Assembly: GCA_016901395.1 (NCBI GenBank)
Contig: JAEAMQ010000051.1
Span: 40,614 to 104,613, forward strand
Direction of reading: 5' to 3'
From: Prevotella sp.
GTDB lineage: Bacteria > Bacteroidota > Bacteroidia > Bacteroidales > Bacteroidaceae
DNA length: 64,000 nucleotides
Part shown: one piece after another, positions 1 through 8,588 of the stretch
How positions within the stretch are numbered: position 1 is the first letter of the stretch
Layout of the letters: the number at the start of each line of letters is the position of its first letter
Notes under the pieces: generated by a model
Seen by the model: only the letters and a program-made list of their open reading frames with translations
Told to the model about the DNA's origin: nothing
Databases searched by the model: none
Translations under genes and position numbers: made by a program

Positions 1-621
1 ATCTGGCCGGGCCCGTACTGGTATTTCGGGCTGATGCTGCAGTTGTATATCATCTATCGGTTGCTGCTCTACCGCCGACATTGGGCTTGGACGGTCGGGT
101 TGATGGCCGTGTGTGTGGTGCTTCAGCTTTTCATGGACCCCGAAAGCGAACTCATCAACCGTTACAGATACAACTTCATGGGGGGCATGCTGCCCTTCGG
201 ACTGGGACTATTGTTTGCCCGTTACGGTGAGAAAATCATCCTGCTCAACATCAACGGGCTGGGCATGATGATGTCGTTTGTGTTCTGTTCGATTCTCGTT
301 ATCAGCATGAGCAACAACTTCTATGCCTGGACGTTTGTGCCTGCACTCATCTGCTATGCCTCCGTCTACTTCATCAAGCTGTTCCATGTCTTTGCCTCGG
401 TGCCGGCGATGGGCCGCGTCTTCCGATGGCTGGAGTGGATGGGCAGCATCTCCGCGGCCCTGTTTGTCATCCATCCGGTGGTGCGCAAGGTGTTTATCCC
501 TATCTCCCGCAGTGGCGATGTGTACGCGGGACTGCTGCTTTACGCCATCGTCTGCCTCGGAGCGGCATGGCTTCTGCGTGAGTTGATGAAGAAAATCCCC
601 AACCCCAAGATGCAATCATGA
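1..621 (+). CDS. Acyltransferase family 3 (OafA-like O-acyltransferase), C-terminal part; 5' end lies upstream of the window
   Basis: Frame 1 is open from base 1 (IWPGPYWYFGLMLQLYIIYRLL...). The sequence is wholly hydrophobic and multi-TM, typical of an acyltransferase_3 C-terminal half. Its stop overlaps the next start (ATGA at 618-621). Confidence 0.65.
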   Translation: MWPGPYWYFGLMLQLYIIYRLLLYRRHWAWTVGLMAVCVVLQLFMDPESELINRYRYNFMGGMLPFGLGLLFARYGEKIILLNINGLGMMMSFVFCSILVISMSNNFYAWTFVPALICYASVYFIKLFHVFASVPAMGRVFRWLEWMGSISAALFVIHPVVRKVFIPISRSGDVYAGLLLYAIVCLGAAWLLRELMKKIPNPKMQS

Positions 622-1652
622 GAATCCCTGATATCGAATTGGCCAACATCAGCCGCTTCCGCGGTGAGCAGATGGGTGCTGCCATGCTGTTCATTATCCT
701 GTTCCACGTGGGTCTTCCACGCTGGGACATGTTCTTCGGACTACGTCGCATGGGCAACATCGGGGTGGATATCTTCCTGTTTCTGAGTGGTATCGGACTG
801 TGGTTTGCCTGGATGAAGCGGCCCGACTGGAAGCATTTCTTCCGCCGTCGCTATCTCCGCATCTATCCGGCATGGCTCATCATGGCCTGCCTTTACTACA
901 TACCGCGCTTCCACGGCGGCGACCTCATGGCATGGATCGACCTCATCGGCGACATCACGATTAACTGGGACTTCTGGCTTCACGACGAGCTCACGTTCTG
1001 GTACATACCTGCCACGATGATGCTTTACCTCTTTGCACCAGCCTATATGGAACTCATCAAGCGGCATCCCATATACCGTTGGCTGCCCGTGGTGATGGTG
1101 ATGTGGTGCATTCTGGTGCAGTGGGTCACGCCCATCCATCACGCCGTGGGTCATTTGGAGATTTTCTGGAGTCGCGTCCCCATCTTTTTCATTGGCATAA
1201 ACATGGGCGAGATGGTCAGGAGAAAGGACCAACTGGACGGCACCGGGGTCTGGATGATCTTCATTATGTTTGTCATGGCGTTTGCGTCGAGTGTCTTTCT
1301 CGAACAGGTTAGGCACGGAGAGTTCCCGCTTTTCATTGAGCGCATGCTGTATATTCCCCTCACCGTGACCACGATTTTGATTCTCAATCGACTCTTCCGA
1401 CGCACACCGGCATGGTTTAACGGGTGTTTTCGCTTTGTCGGCGCATTGAGTCTGGAGTGCTATCTCATCCATATCCACTTCGTACTCGACTATATTCCCA
1501 AGGCCTGGACCTACTGGCCGACATTCTTTGTTTGCCTTTTCGTCACCCTTCCACTGGCTTGGGTGCTGAGCAAAGTGGCCGGATGGCTGTCTGAGGTCCT
1601 TGCCAAACTCATTCCGGAAAGTACTCCCGACACTTCCGTTACGACCAAATAG
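618..1652 (+). CDS. Acyltransferase family 3 membrane O-acyltransferase
   Basis: ATG at 618. The N-terminus (RFRGEQMGAAMLFIILFHVG...GVDIFLFLSGIGLWFAW) is typical of acyltransferase_3, and the protein is hydrophobic throughout. Confidence 0.8.
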   Translation: MRIPDIELANISRFRGEQMGAAMLFIILFHVGLPRWDMFFGLRRMGNIGVDIFLFLSGIGLWFAWMKRPDWKHFFRRRYLRIYPAWLIMACLYYIPRFHGGDLMAWIDLIGDITINWDFWLHDELTFWYIPATMMLYLFAPAYMELIKRHPIYRWLPVVMVMWCILVQWVTPIHHAVGHLEIFWSRVPIFFIGINMGEMVRRKDQLDGTGVWMIFIMFVMAFASSVFLEQVRHGEFPLFIERMLYIPLTVTTILILNRLFRRTPAWFNGCFRFVGALSLECYLIHIHFVLDYIPKAWTYWPTFFVCLFVTLPLAWVLSKVAGWLSEVLAKLIPESTPDTSVTTK

Positions 1653-1659
1653 TGATGCT

Positions 1660-2589
1660 ATGATGAAGAATTTGCTGAAACTTATACGTCCTTCGCAATG
1701 GATCAAGAACTTCTTTGTCTTCGGTCCGATAGTCTTCGGAGGCGAACTTCTCAATGGTCACGCCATGCTTGCCGGCCTGATTACCTTCATGGCCTTTAGC
1801 TTTGCAGCCTCCAGTGTCTACTGTTTCAACGACATACACGATGTTGCCGACGACCGCCGCCACCCCGAAAAGTGCCGCCGTCCGATAGCCTCGGGCGCTG
1901 TTTCCGTACCCCAGGCCTACGGTTTGATGGCCTTGATGTTTATCCTCGGCATCGGAATCCTTGTGCTGATGGGCCTCTTCGGTCCTGCCAACCCGGCCCA
2001 ACCCATGCCCGATTCCCTCTCCAGTCCGATGCTGAAGACCGCTGGAGTCATCGTCTTCTACTGGGTATTGAACCTCGCCTACTGCGCCAAGCTCAAGCAA
2101 TATGCCATCATCGACGTGTGCATCGTGGCTTTCGGCTTCGTGCTCCGGCTACTGGCGGGAGGCGTTGCAACGGGTATTGTGCTCAGCAAATGGATCGTTT
2201 TGATGACCTTCCTCATCACACTTTTCATGAGTTTCGCCAAGCGTCGCGACGACGTTCTGCGCATGGAAGCCACCGGTGAGGCCCCGCGCAAGAACACGAT
2301 ACACTACAATACCACCTTCATCAACCAGGCCATCACCATCACCGCGGGCGTAACGCTCGTGTGTTACATCATGTACACCGTCAGCCCGGAGGTCATCGCG
2401 CAGTTCCACAACGGCTATCTCTACCTCACAAGCGTATTTGTTCTCGTGGGTTTGCTGCGTTATATCCAGATCGCCGTGGTCGAGAAAAAGAGCGGAAATC
2501 CCACGAAAGTCATCCTCAAAGACCATTTCATCCAGCTCGTGGTGGCTGCCTGGTTTGTGTCGTTCCTACTCATCATCTACGTCATCTGA
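1660..2589 (+). CDS. UbiA-family polyprenyl-phosphate phosphoribosyltransferase (decaprenyl-phosphate phosphoribosyltransferase-like)
   Basis: The track start (TTG 1600) lies inside the upstream gene. The first ATG after the upstream stop is 1660 (MMKNLLKLIRPSQWIKNFFVF). The Asp-rich motif NDIHDVADDRRHPEKCRRPIASG resembles Rv3806c-type DPPR synthases, and there are about 8 TM segments. Confidence 0.75.
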   Translation: MMKNLLKLIRPSQWIKNFFVFGPIVFGGELLNGHAMLAGLITFMAFSFAASSVYCFNDIHDVADDRRHPEKCRRPIASGAVSVPQAYGLMALMFILGIGILVLMGLFGPANPAQPMPDSLSSPMLKTAGVIVFYWVLNLAYCAKLKQYAIIDVCIVAFGFVLRLLAGGVATGIVLSKWIVLMTFLITLFMSFAKRRDDVLRMEATGEAPRKNTIHYNTTFINQAITITAGVTLVCYIMYTVSPEVIAQFHNGYLYLTSVFVLVGLLRYIQIAVVEKKSGNPTKVILKDHFIQLVVAAWFVSFLLIIYVI

Positions 2590-2601
2590 CCCCCACCCGC
2601 C

Positions 2602-3306
2602 ATGTCTGAACGCCAAACGGTCTACATATTCGACTTCGACGGCACGCTGACCACCAAGGACACGCTGCTCGAGTTCATCCGATACGCCAAGGGAACAGGC
2701 CCGTTACTCCTCGGATTTCTGCTCCACGCGCCTCTGTTGGTGCTCATGAAGTTGCGCCTCTACCCCAACTACAAGGCCAAACAACGCCTCTTTTCCTATT
2801 ATTTCAAGGGCATGACGCTCACCGATTTCAATGCCGTCTGCAAGCGGTTTGCCCACGACAACCGCACGAAACTCCTGCGACCGCAAGCCCTCGACACCCT
2901 CCACGATGCCCAATCCCACGGCCATCGCATCCTCATTGTGAGCGCCAGCATCGACAATTGGGTGCGTCCCTTCTTCCCGCAAAGCCTCCCGGCCACACCC
3001 ACTCCACCCGATACTTCCACCGCGCAGTCTCTATCTCCCTCTATGGAGGGTCGGGGAGGGTCATCTTCCGACCTGTCTGAGGGGGATATCACCATCCTCG
3101 GCACGCAAATCGAGACCCACGACGGCCTCCTTACCGGCCGCTTTCTTACGCCCAACTGCTACGGACCCGAGAAGGTTCGGCGCATCGAGGAAGTGCTGAC
3201 CCAGCCTCGCGACACCTATCATATCATCGCTTTCGGCGACAGCCGGGGCGACAAGCAACTCTTAGCATATGCCAATGAAGCCCATTACAAACCCTTCAGA
3301 CACTGA
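2602..3306 (+). CDS. HAD-IB family phosphatase carrying an internal low-complexity insertion
   Basis: HAD motif I is FDFDGTLT, motif II region is VSASIDNWV, and motif IV is FGDSRGDKQLL. A roughly 39-aa Pro/Ser/Thr/Gly-rich insert is encoded at about 2977-3093. Confidence 0.75.
   Translation: MSERQTVYIFDFDGTLTTKDTLLEFIRYAKGTGPLLLGFLLHAPLLVLMKLRLYPNYKAKQRLFSYYFKGMTLTDFNAVCKRFAHDNRTKLLRPQALDTLHDAQSHGHRILIVSASIDNWVRPFFPQSLPATPTPPDTSTAQSLSPSMEGRGGSSSDLSEGDITILGTQIETHDGLLTGRFLTPNCYGPEKVRRIEEVLTQPRDTYHIIAFGDSRGDKQLLAYANEAHYKPFRH
3034..3062. repeat. Degenerate copy of the G/C palindromic REP-like element, in frame inside the HAD CDS
   Basis: TCTCCCTCTATGGAGGGTCGGGGAGGGTC matches the intergenic consensus CCCCTCCC-N4-GGGAGGGG-N3-GGGGAGAGGC. 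Confidence 0.5.
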
Positions 3307-3676
3307 CAAATGGCAGAAACTTGGCGAGGTGGTGCGCTTCGGCATCGTGGGCGCACTGGCCACCGCCATCCAGTATGGCATCTATCTGCTCTGTCTCCGC
3401 TGGACCAACGCGGGCGTGGCCAACACCATCGGCTACGCCATCAGTTTCGTTTTCAACTTCTTCGCCAGCACATTCTTCACCTTTCGCGTGCGTGCCAATG
3501 CCCGCCGCGGTGCCGGATTTGTGCTGAGCCACGTCATCAACTACCTGCTGCAGATGTCGACCCTCGCCTTCTTTATATGGGCGGGCGTGCCCAAACAGTG
3601 GGCTCCCGTACCGATGTTTGCCATCTGTGTACCCGTCAACTTCCTCTTGGTGAGGTATTTTATGAAGCGAAAATAA
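3269..3676 (+). CDS. GtrA family membrane protein
   Basis: A 135-aa protein with 4 TM segments. VRFGIVGALATAIQYGIYLLCL and the FTFRV..AR.G.FV pattern are typical of GtrA. Its start overlaps the HAD stop. Confidence 0.8.
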   Translation: MPMKPITNPSDTDKWQKLGEVVRFGIVGALATAIQYGIYLLCLRWTNAGVANTIGYAISFVFNFFASTFFTFRVRANARRGAGFVLSHVINYLLQMSTLAFFIWAGVPKQWAPVPMFAICVPVNFLLVRYFMKRK

Positions 3677-3723
3677 CCCCCGTCATCATGTCCCCATCCA
3701 TCGATGAAATCCTAAAGAAATCC

Positions 3724-3888
3724 CGAAAATGTATCTTTGAACATACAATTTTATCCCTAAATTGTACATTTGAAAATACACTATTACCCAGAAATTGTAT
3801 CTTTGAAGATACACTTTTGCCTAAAAATTGTACAGTCAAAGATACAATTTAACACTGTTTTTGTATTTTCAAAGATACAATTTCGTAT
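3724..3888. repeat. Tandem array of five 33-bp units, each carrying an 18-bp palindrome TGTA-N10-TACA
   Basis: The palindromes lie at 3730-3747, 3763-3780, 3796-3813, 3829-3846 and 3862-3879, with an exact 33-bp period. Unit 3 (TGTATCTTTGAAGATACA) is a perfect palindrome. Confidence 0.9.
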
Positions 3889-3893
3889 CTTTG
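3886..3893 (+). promoter_or_regulatory. Bacteroidota -7 promoter box TATCTTTG for the AAA ATPase gene
   Basis: Matches TAnnTTTG and lies 25 nt upstream of the ATG at 3918. Confidence 0.55.
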
Positions 3894-3917
3894 CAGCAAA
3901 TCATCAATCTTTAGGAC

Positions 3918-5117
3918 ATGGATATCGACACCCTTTTCAGCATTTCCAACAATCTTGTCAGAAGCGCAAGTCTTGACAAAACACGCTACATCTATCAGAA
4001 AATCAGTTGGCAGACGCCCATGATCTGTGTGAAAGGAGCACGTGGCGTGGGTAAGACCACGCTGTTTTTCCAGCGCATGAAAACTGCTTTCGAGGCCGGC
4101 GAAGCCCTCTATGTCTCCTTGGACAGCATCTGGTTTAGCAACAACAGGCTCATAGACCTCATCGATTATCATTATAATCATGGGGGCAAGGCAGTGTTTC
4201 TCGACGAGGTGCACCGCTATCCCTACGATAACTGGGCGCAGGAACTGAAGAACATCTACGACTCCTATCCCGGCTATCAGATAGCCTTCACAGGCTCGTC
4301 GCTGCTGAAAATAGACATGTCGAAGGCCGACCTCTCACGCCGATGCGTGTTCTATGACATGCAGGGCATGTCGTTCAGGGAGTATCTGAGTTTCTACAAC
4401 ATCGCCCAGTTGCCCTCCTATTCCTTGGAGGATATCCTCGAACGCCACACCGAAATAGAGCAGGAGGTGCTGGCAGCAGTAAAGCCTTTGCAGTATTTTG
4501 ACAACTATCTGCACCACGGCTACTATCCCTTCTACGACAAATATCAGGACACTTACGCCGTGACCCTGCAGCAAATCATCAACACCATCATCGACAGCGA
4601 CCTGCAGTCGGCGCTGAATGTGGAAAACATCACGGTGAACAAGTTCAAGCGACTGCTGTTTATCATCTCGCAAAACGTGCCTTTCACGCCCAACATCTCC
4701 AAGATAGCGCAGGGCATTGAGTCTAACAGGCCACAGACCTACAGCATGCTTTCCACCCTCGACCAGGCCGCGCTCATCAACAATCTCTACTCAGGCAAAG
4801 ATACGATGCAGCAACTCAACAAGCCCGAAAAAATCTATATGGAGAACACCAACCTGCTCTACGCCCTCACCAAGCATCCCACCGAGGGCAATCTGCGGGA
4901 GACATTCTTTGCCAATCAACTCAAAAACGACCACGAAATCACCTTCTCGGGCGAGGGCGACTTTATGATAGACGGCAAATATACGATTGAGGTAGGGGGC
5001 AGACGCAAGTCGTTCCAGCAAATCAAAGACCTGCCCAACAGCTATCTCGCCATCGATGACGTGGAGTCGGCAGTGGGCAACAAGGTGCCCCTCTGGCTCT
5101 TTGGATTCCTCTATTAA
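3918..5117 (+). CDS. AAA+ ATPase (AAA_14 plus DUF4143-type architecture)
   Basis: Walker A is GARGVGKTT and Walker B is VFLDEVH. The length and C-terminal half are typical of the DUF4143 ATPases common in Bacteroidota. Confidence 0.75.
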   Translation: MDIDTLFSISNNLVRSASLDKTRYIYQKISWQTPMICVKGARGVGKTTLFFQRMKTAFEAGEALYVSLDSIWFSNNRLIDLIDYHYNHGGKAVFLDEVHRYPYDNWAQELKNIYDSYPGYQIAFTGSSLLKIDMSKADLSRRCVFYDMQGMSFREYLSFYNIAQLPSYSLEDILERHTEIEQEVLAAVKPLQYFDNYLHHGYYPFYDKYQDTYAVTLQQIINTIIDSDLQSALNVENITVNKFKRLLFIISQNVPFTPNISKIAQGIESNRPQTYSMLSTLDQAALINNLYSGKDTMQQLNKPEKIYMENTNLLYALTKHPTEGNLRETFFANQLKNDHEITFSGEGDFMIDGKYTIEVGGRRKSFQQIKDLPNSYLAIDDVESAVGNKVPLWLFGFLY

Positions 5118-5128
5118 CAGCTTATCGT

Positions 5129-6568
5129 ATGAAAAATCCATTCAGCATATTCACCCTTAGGCGCGAGGAGCGGTGGCCGGCAGTCGCGGCCATGATATAC
5201 ATTGTGGCGCTGAATGCCCTCGTCATCAACCGATACGTGGGGCAATTCACTGCGATTTCCGACAACTTCCACCGCTTGTTCGTGCGCACCTTCCACGTCT
5301 CGGGCTTCGACCCACTGACCTATTCAGTGGTGTCGGCATGGGGCACGGAGTATAACATCTACCGCCACCCGCTGCTGGCCTTTATGATGTGGCCCCTCAA
5401 TCAGCTCAATCAGGGCATCATGATGGTCACGGGGTACAACGGGGTGCAGTTTGTCGTGGCCGCGCTGCTGGTGTTCTGCGCGTTCTATGCCTTCGTGTTT
5501 CTCTGCCGGATATTCAGGGAAATCATTGGCGTGAGGGCCATTGACGCGTGGCTCCTCGGCGCGCTGACCTACAGTTTTGCCTTTGTCATGCTCTCCTCCT
5601 GCGTGCCCGACCACTTCGTGCTCTCCATGTTCATGCTCGTGCTGACGCTCTATGTCGCCGGTCGCAAAATGCAGACGGGCCGACAGCTCACGCTCTGGCA
5701 ATCGACAATCCTATTCTTTCTCACCGCCGGCATATCGCTCAACAACGGCATCAAGGTGCTCATCGCCAATCTCTTTGTCAATGGCCGCCGCTTCTGGCGA
5801 CCCCGCCACCTGTTGCTCGCCGTGGTGGTGCCCTGCGCCCTGATATGGGGCGTGGCGCGCGCGGGGTGGTACTACTACGAGCGGCCCAACTACATGGCGC
5901 GACAACAGAAACGGGCGAAGGTGGAGCAGACGCGCCGTGAGAAGATTGAGAAAGCTTTCCGCGACACCACCCACCTGCGCGACACCGCTGCCATCAGGGC
6001 CGGCATCAACCGTGTCGTCGCCCAGAAAGCGGCCGAACGGAAGGCGCGCGACAGCAAAAAGGCATGGAAAGCGCACATCGGCAAACCTATGGGGCACGGC
6101 GAATTTTCACAGTGGACCGACATCTCCACGCCACGATGGGCCTCGATGGTGGAGAATTTCATGGGCGAATCGATACAACTCCATCAGGACCATCTGCTCG
6201 AAGACAACCTCACGCGCCGCCCCGTCATCGTGACCTATCGCTGCAGTCTGAACTACATCGTAGAGGCCTTGCTCGCGCTGCTCGTCCTCGCGGGCGTGTG
6301 GTGCGGCCGTCGCAGCCGGTTGCTGTGGCTGGCGATGAGCTTCCTCGGCTTCGACCTCGTGATCCATGTGGTGCTCGGCTTCGGACTCAACGAGGTCTAT
6401 ATCATGTCGGCCCACTGGCTTTTCACGCTGACCATCGCCCTCGGTTTCCTCTTCAAACGATGGGAAACGACGCGCCTGCGCATTCCCTTGCGACTCACGG
6501 TGCTAACGCTCACGCTCTTTCTCATGGCGTGGAACTGGACGCTTTTAGTGGGGTATCTCGCAGGTTAA
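5129..6568 (+). CDS. Uncharacterised polytopic membrane protein, paralog 1 (candidate lipid-linked-sugar-dependent glycosyltransferase)
   Basis: Shares these motifs with 6824-8077 and 10174-11523: MKNPFSIF..REERW, FHVSGFDP, RHPLL, VPDHF, ENFMGESIQLH and NEVYIM. It also carries a Lys/Arg/Glu/Ala-rich insert of about 75 aa. Confidence 0.8.
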   Translation: MKNPFSIFTLRREERWPAVAAMIYIVALNALVINRYVGQFTAISDNFHRLFVRTFHVSGFDPLTYSVVSAWGTEYNIYRHPLLAFMMWPLNQLNQGIMMVTGYNGVQFVVAALLVFCAFYAFVFLCRIFREIIGVRAIDAWLLGALTYSFAFVMLSSCVPDHFVLSMFMLVLTLYVAGRKMQTGRQLTLWQSTILFFLTAGISLNNGIKVLIANLFVNGRRFWRPRHLLLAVVVPCALIWGVARAGWYYYERPNYMARQQKRAKVEQTRREKIEKAFRDTTHLRDTAAIRAGINRVVAQKAAERKARDSKKAWKAHIGKPMGHGEFSQWTDISTPRWASMVENFMGESIQLHQDHLLEDNLTRRPVIVTYRCSLNYIVEALLALLVLAGVWCGRRSRLLWLAMSFLGFDLVIHVVLGFGLNEVYIMSAHWLFTLTIALGFLFKRWETTRLRIPLRLTVLTLTLFLMAWNWTLLVGYLAG

Positions 6569-6584
6569 AGCCTTTGAAAAATAT

Positions 6585-6720
6585 TAACACGCAGAAAAGG
6601 TCTCGGAATAAGTACCTAATCGCATCACGATTAGATAGTAATCGTCTCACGATTCGGTACTAATCGTGACGCGATTCGATACTAATCGTCAGACGAAAAG
6701 ATAGGCATTGTTTTTCCATC
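6585..6720 (-). repeat. Dispersed TAATCG-rich intergenic element, copy A (short, reverse orientation)
   Basis: On the reverse strand it reads ACGATTAGTATCGAATCG..CACGATTAGTACCGAATCGTGAGACGATTA..CTAATCGTGATGCGATTAGG. This is homologous to the copies at about 17.1, 44.3 and 59.4 kb. Confidence 0.7.
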
Positions 6721-6823
6721 CCACCAAAACCCTTCGCCAACCCCAATAAACACAGGGCAAGACGAGGGTTTCGGCGAATGGTCATCAGGGCGGAAACCAC
6801 CCCAGCAAGCAGTCCAATAATTG

Positions 6824-8077
6824 ATGAAAAATATATTTACAATACACAGACGTGAGCGTTGGCCGATGCTCCTGATGGTCGTGGCACTGGGCGTGTTCCA
6901 TGTGCTCCTCATAGCCAAGTTCTTCCCCCTGTTTGCCGATTACAGCGAACAGCACTGGGATGTGTTCATGCGCAACTTCCACATGTCGGGGTTCGACCCC
7001 ATCTCCTATGCCGTGCTGACCGACTGGCACCAGGGTTTCGATATCCTGCGCCACCCGCTGCTTGCGCTGATGATGTATCCGCTCTATCTGATTAACAGCC
7101 TCCTGTGGACGTTGACAGGCTGCAACTGCTGCCAAATTATCATGGGTGCGATGCTCCTCGCCGCCGGCAGTTATGCGTGGCTCATGCTCTATCGCATCCT
7201 GCACGAGCTGGTGGGTCTCAGCCGCGCCTATGCCCTACTGCTCTCGTCGCTGGGGTTTGGCTTCGCCTATGTGCTCATCCCCACCTTTGTGCCCGACCAT
7301 TTCGGACTCTCGCTCCTGCTGCTGCTCACCTTATTTTATATAGCGGGCGGCAAACTGCAACGGCGCGAACGGTTCACCTGGCGCGAGGCATCGCTGTGGT
7401 TTCTGCTCACGGCGGGAGTGACGCTGAGCAATGGCGTGGCGGTGATGATTATGGTGGCGGTGGTCAACGGGCGCGAGGTGCTACGCTGGAAATTCCTCGT
7501 TTTGTCGTTCGTCGTGCCCTCGGCGGTGTTGCTCGCCACCGCCCTCGCCATCAGTCGGGCCACGGATATATCGCAGGTGAGCGTCGCCGAGCCGGTCAGC
7601 AACCAGTTTAGATGGGTGAAAAACAATGCGTCCCGCTTTGATGTCATGGTGGAGAACTTCTTCGGCGAGTCGCTGCAGTTGCACCGTCGGCATGTGCTGG
7701 GCGACGTGTTGACGCGTCGGCCGGTCATCGTGCGCTATTCGTGGAAGGGGCAATATGTGGTCGAGGGTCTGCTGGTGGGACTGTTTCTGTGGGGCCTGTG
7801 GATGGGTCGCCGCGAGCGGTTGGCGTGGATGGCGATGGGCATCGTGGCACTGAATATCGGACTCCACCTCGTGTTGGGGTTTGCCTTGGACGAGGTTTAT
7901 ATCATGGCGGCGCACTGGGCGTTCTGCCTCCCCATCCTCATGGCCTACGTGTTGCGTAGTCCCCTCCGTCCCGTCCGTCTCTCCGTCGCCCTGCTTCTCC
8001 TTGCCATCGTAGGCTATCTATGGTCCTACCACGGCGTGTTGTTATTCCGATACCTCACCTGGCCGGTGAAAATGTAA
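6824..8077 (+). CDS. Uncharacterised polytopic membrane protein, paralog 2
   Basis: The track start at 6821 is TTG. ATG at 6824 gives MKNIFTIHRRERW, which aligns with paralog 1. Shared motifs are FHMSGFDP, RHPLL, VPDHF, ENFFGESLQLH and DEVYIM. Confidence 0.8.
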   Translation: MKNIFTIHRRERWPMLLMVVALGVFHVLLIAKFFPLFADYSEQHWDVFMRNFHMSGFDPISYAVLTDWHQGFDILRHPLLALMMYPLYLINSLLWTLTGCNCCQIIMGAMLLAAGSYAWLMLYRILHELVGLSRAYALLLSSLGFGFAYVLIPTFVPDHFGLSLLLLLTLFYIAGGKLQRRERFTWREASLWFLLTAGVTLSNGVAVMIMVAVVNGREVLRWKFLVLSFVVPSAVLLATALAISRATDISQVSVAEPVSNQFRWVKNNASRFDVMVENFFGESLQLHRRHVLGDVLTRRPVIVRYSWKGQYVVEGLLVGLFLWGLWMGRRERLAWMAMGIVALNIGLHLVLGFALDEVYIMAAHWAFCLPILMAYVLRSPLRPVRLSVALLLLAIVGYLWSYHGVLLFRYLTWPVKM

Positions 8078-8080
8078 AAC

Positions 8081-8127
8081 ATATAACGCAGGAACGGGAC
8101 GACCATCGTCCCGTTCCTGCGTTATAT
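8081..8127 (+). terminator. Perfect 20-bp-stem hairpin directly after paralog 2
   Basis: ATATAACGCAGGAACGGGAC-gaccatc-GTCCCGTTCCTGCGTTATAT begins 4 nt after the stop at 8077. There is no clear U-tract. Confidence 0.55.
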
Positions 8128-8242
8128 TGGCTTCATCATTGGGCAAGGATTGCCTTCCGGCGGTGCGGACATGCACGGGGCATGTCCCTACAATGCTATG
8201 GTCTTTTCATCGCATTTACAGCTCAATAAATCCATAAAATCC

Positions 8243-8572
8243 TTCAAAATAATCTGTCTTTTTGTCTTTCTGTCTCCAAGAAAAACCTGTCCTTTATGGA
8301 GTTCTGTCTAAAAATCCCACCGCGCAGCCATTGTTATTTTGTTACTATGTCTTCAAAAACAATCTGTCTTTTTGTCTTTCTGTCTCCCAGAAAAACCTGT
8401 CCTTTATGGAGTTCTGTCTAAAAATCCCACCGCGCAGCCAATGTTATTTTGTTACCATGTCTTCAAAAACAATCTGTCTTTTTGTCTTTCTGTCTCCAAG
8501 AAAAACCTGTCCTTTATGGAGTTCTGTCTAAAAATTCCACCGCGCAGCCATAGTTATTCTGTTACTATGTCT
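8243..8572. repeat. Tandem repeat of three 110-bp units
   Basis: The units are 8243-8352, 8353-8462 and 8463-8572 and are nearly identical. The array sits between convergent gene ends (8077 and 8589). Confidence 0.9.
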
Positions 8573-8588
8573 TTCTCCTCCCGCACTG

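Noticed and set aside
3310-3852. A 180-aa ORF that overlaps gtrA in another frame and runs into the 33-bp repeats.
   Set aside because: It overlaps a well-supported GtrA frame. Its C-terminus is only repeat translation (NCTFENTLLPRNCIFEDTLLPKNCTVKDTI).
3724-3888. The 33-bp palindrome array interpreted as a Bacteroides-style invertible capsule promoter (fin/mpi-type shufflon).
   Set aside because: No pair of longer flanking inverted repeats delimits an invertible segment, and no serine or tyrosine recombinase is nearby. It is kept as a regulatory-array finding instead.
8243-8572. The tandem repeats at 8243-8572 and 12317-12536, considered as possible CRISPR arrays.
   Set aside because: The units are contiguous with no unique spacers, the unit lengths (110 and 44 bp) and content do not fit repeat-spacer architecture, and no cas genes are present.
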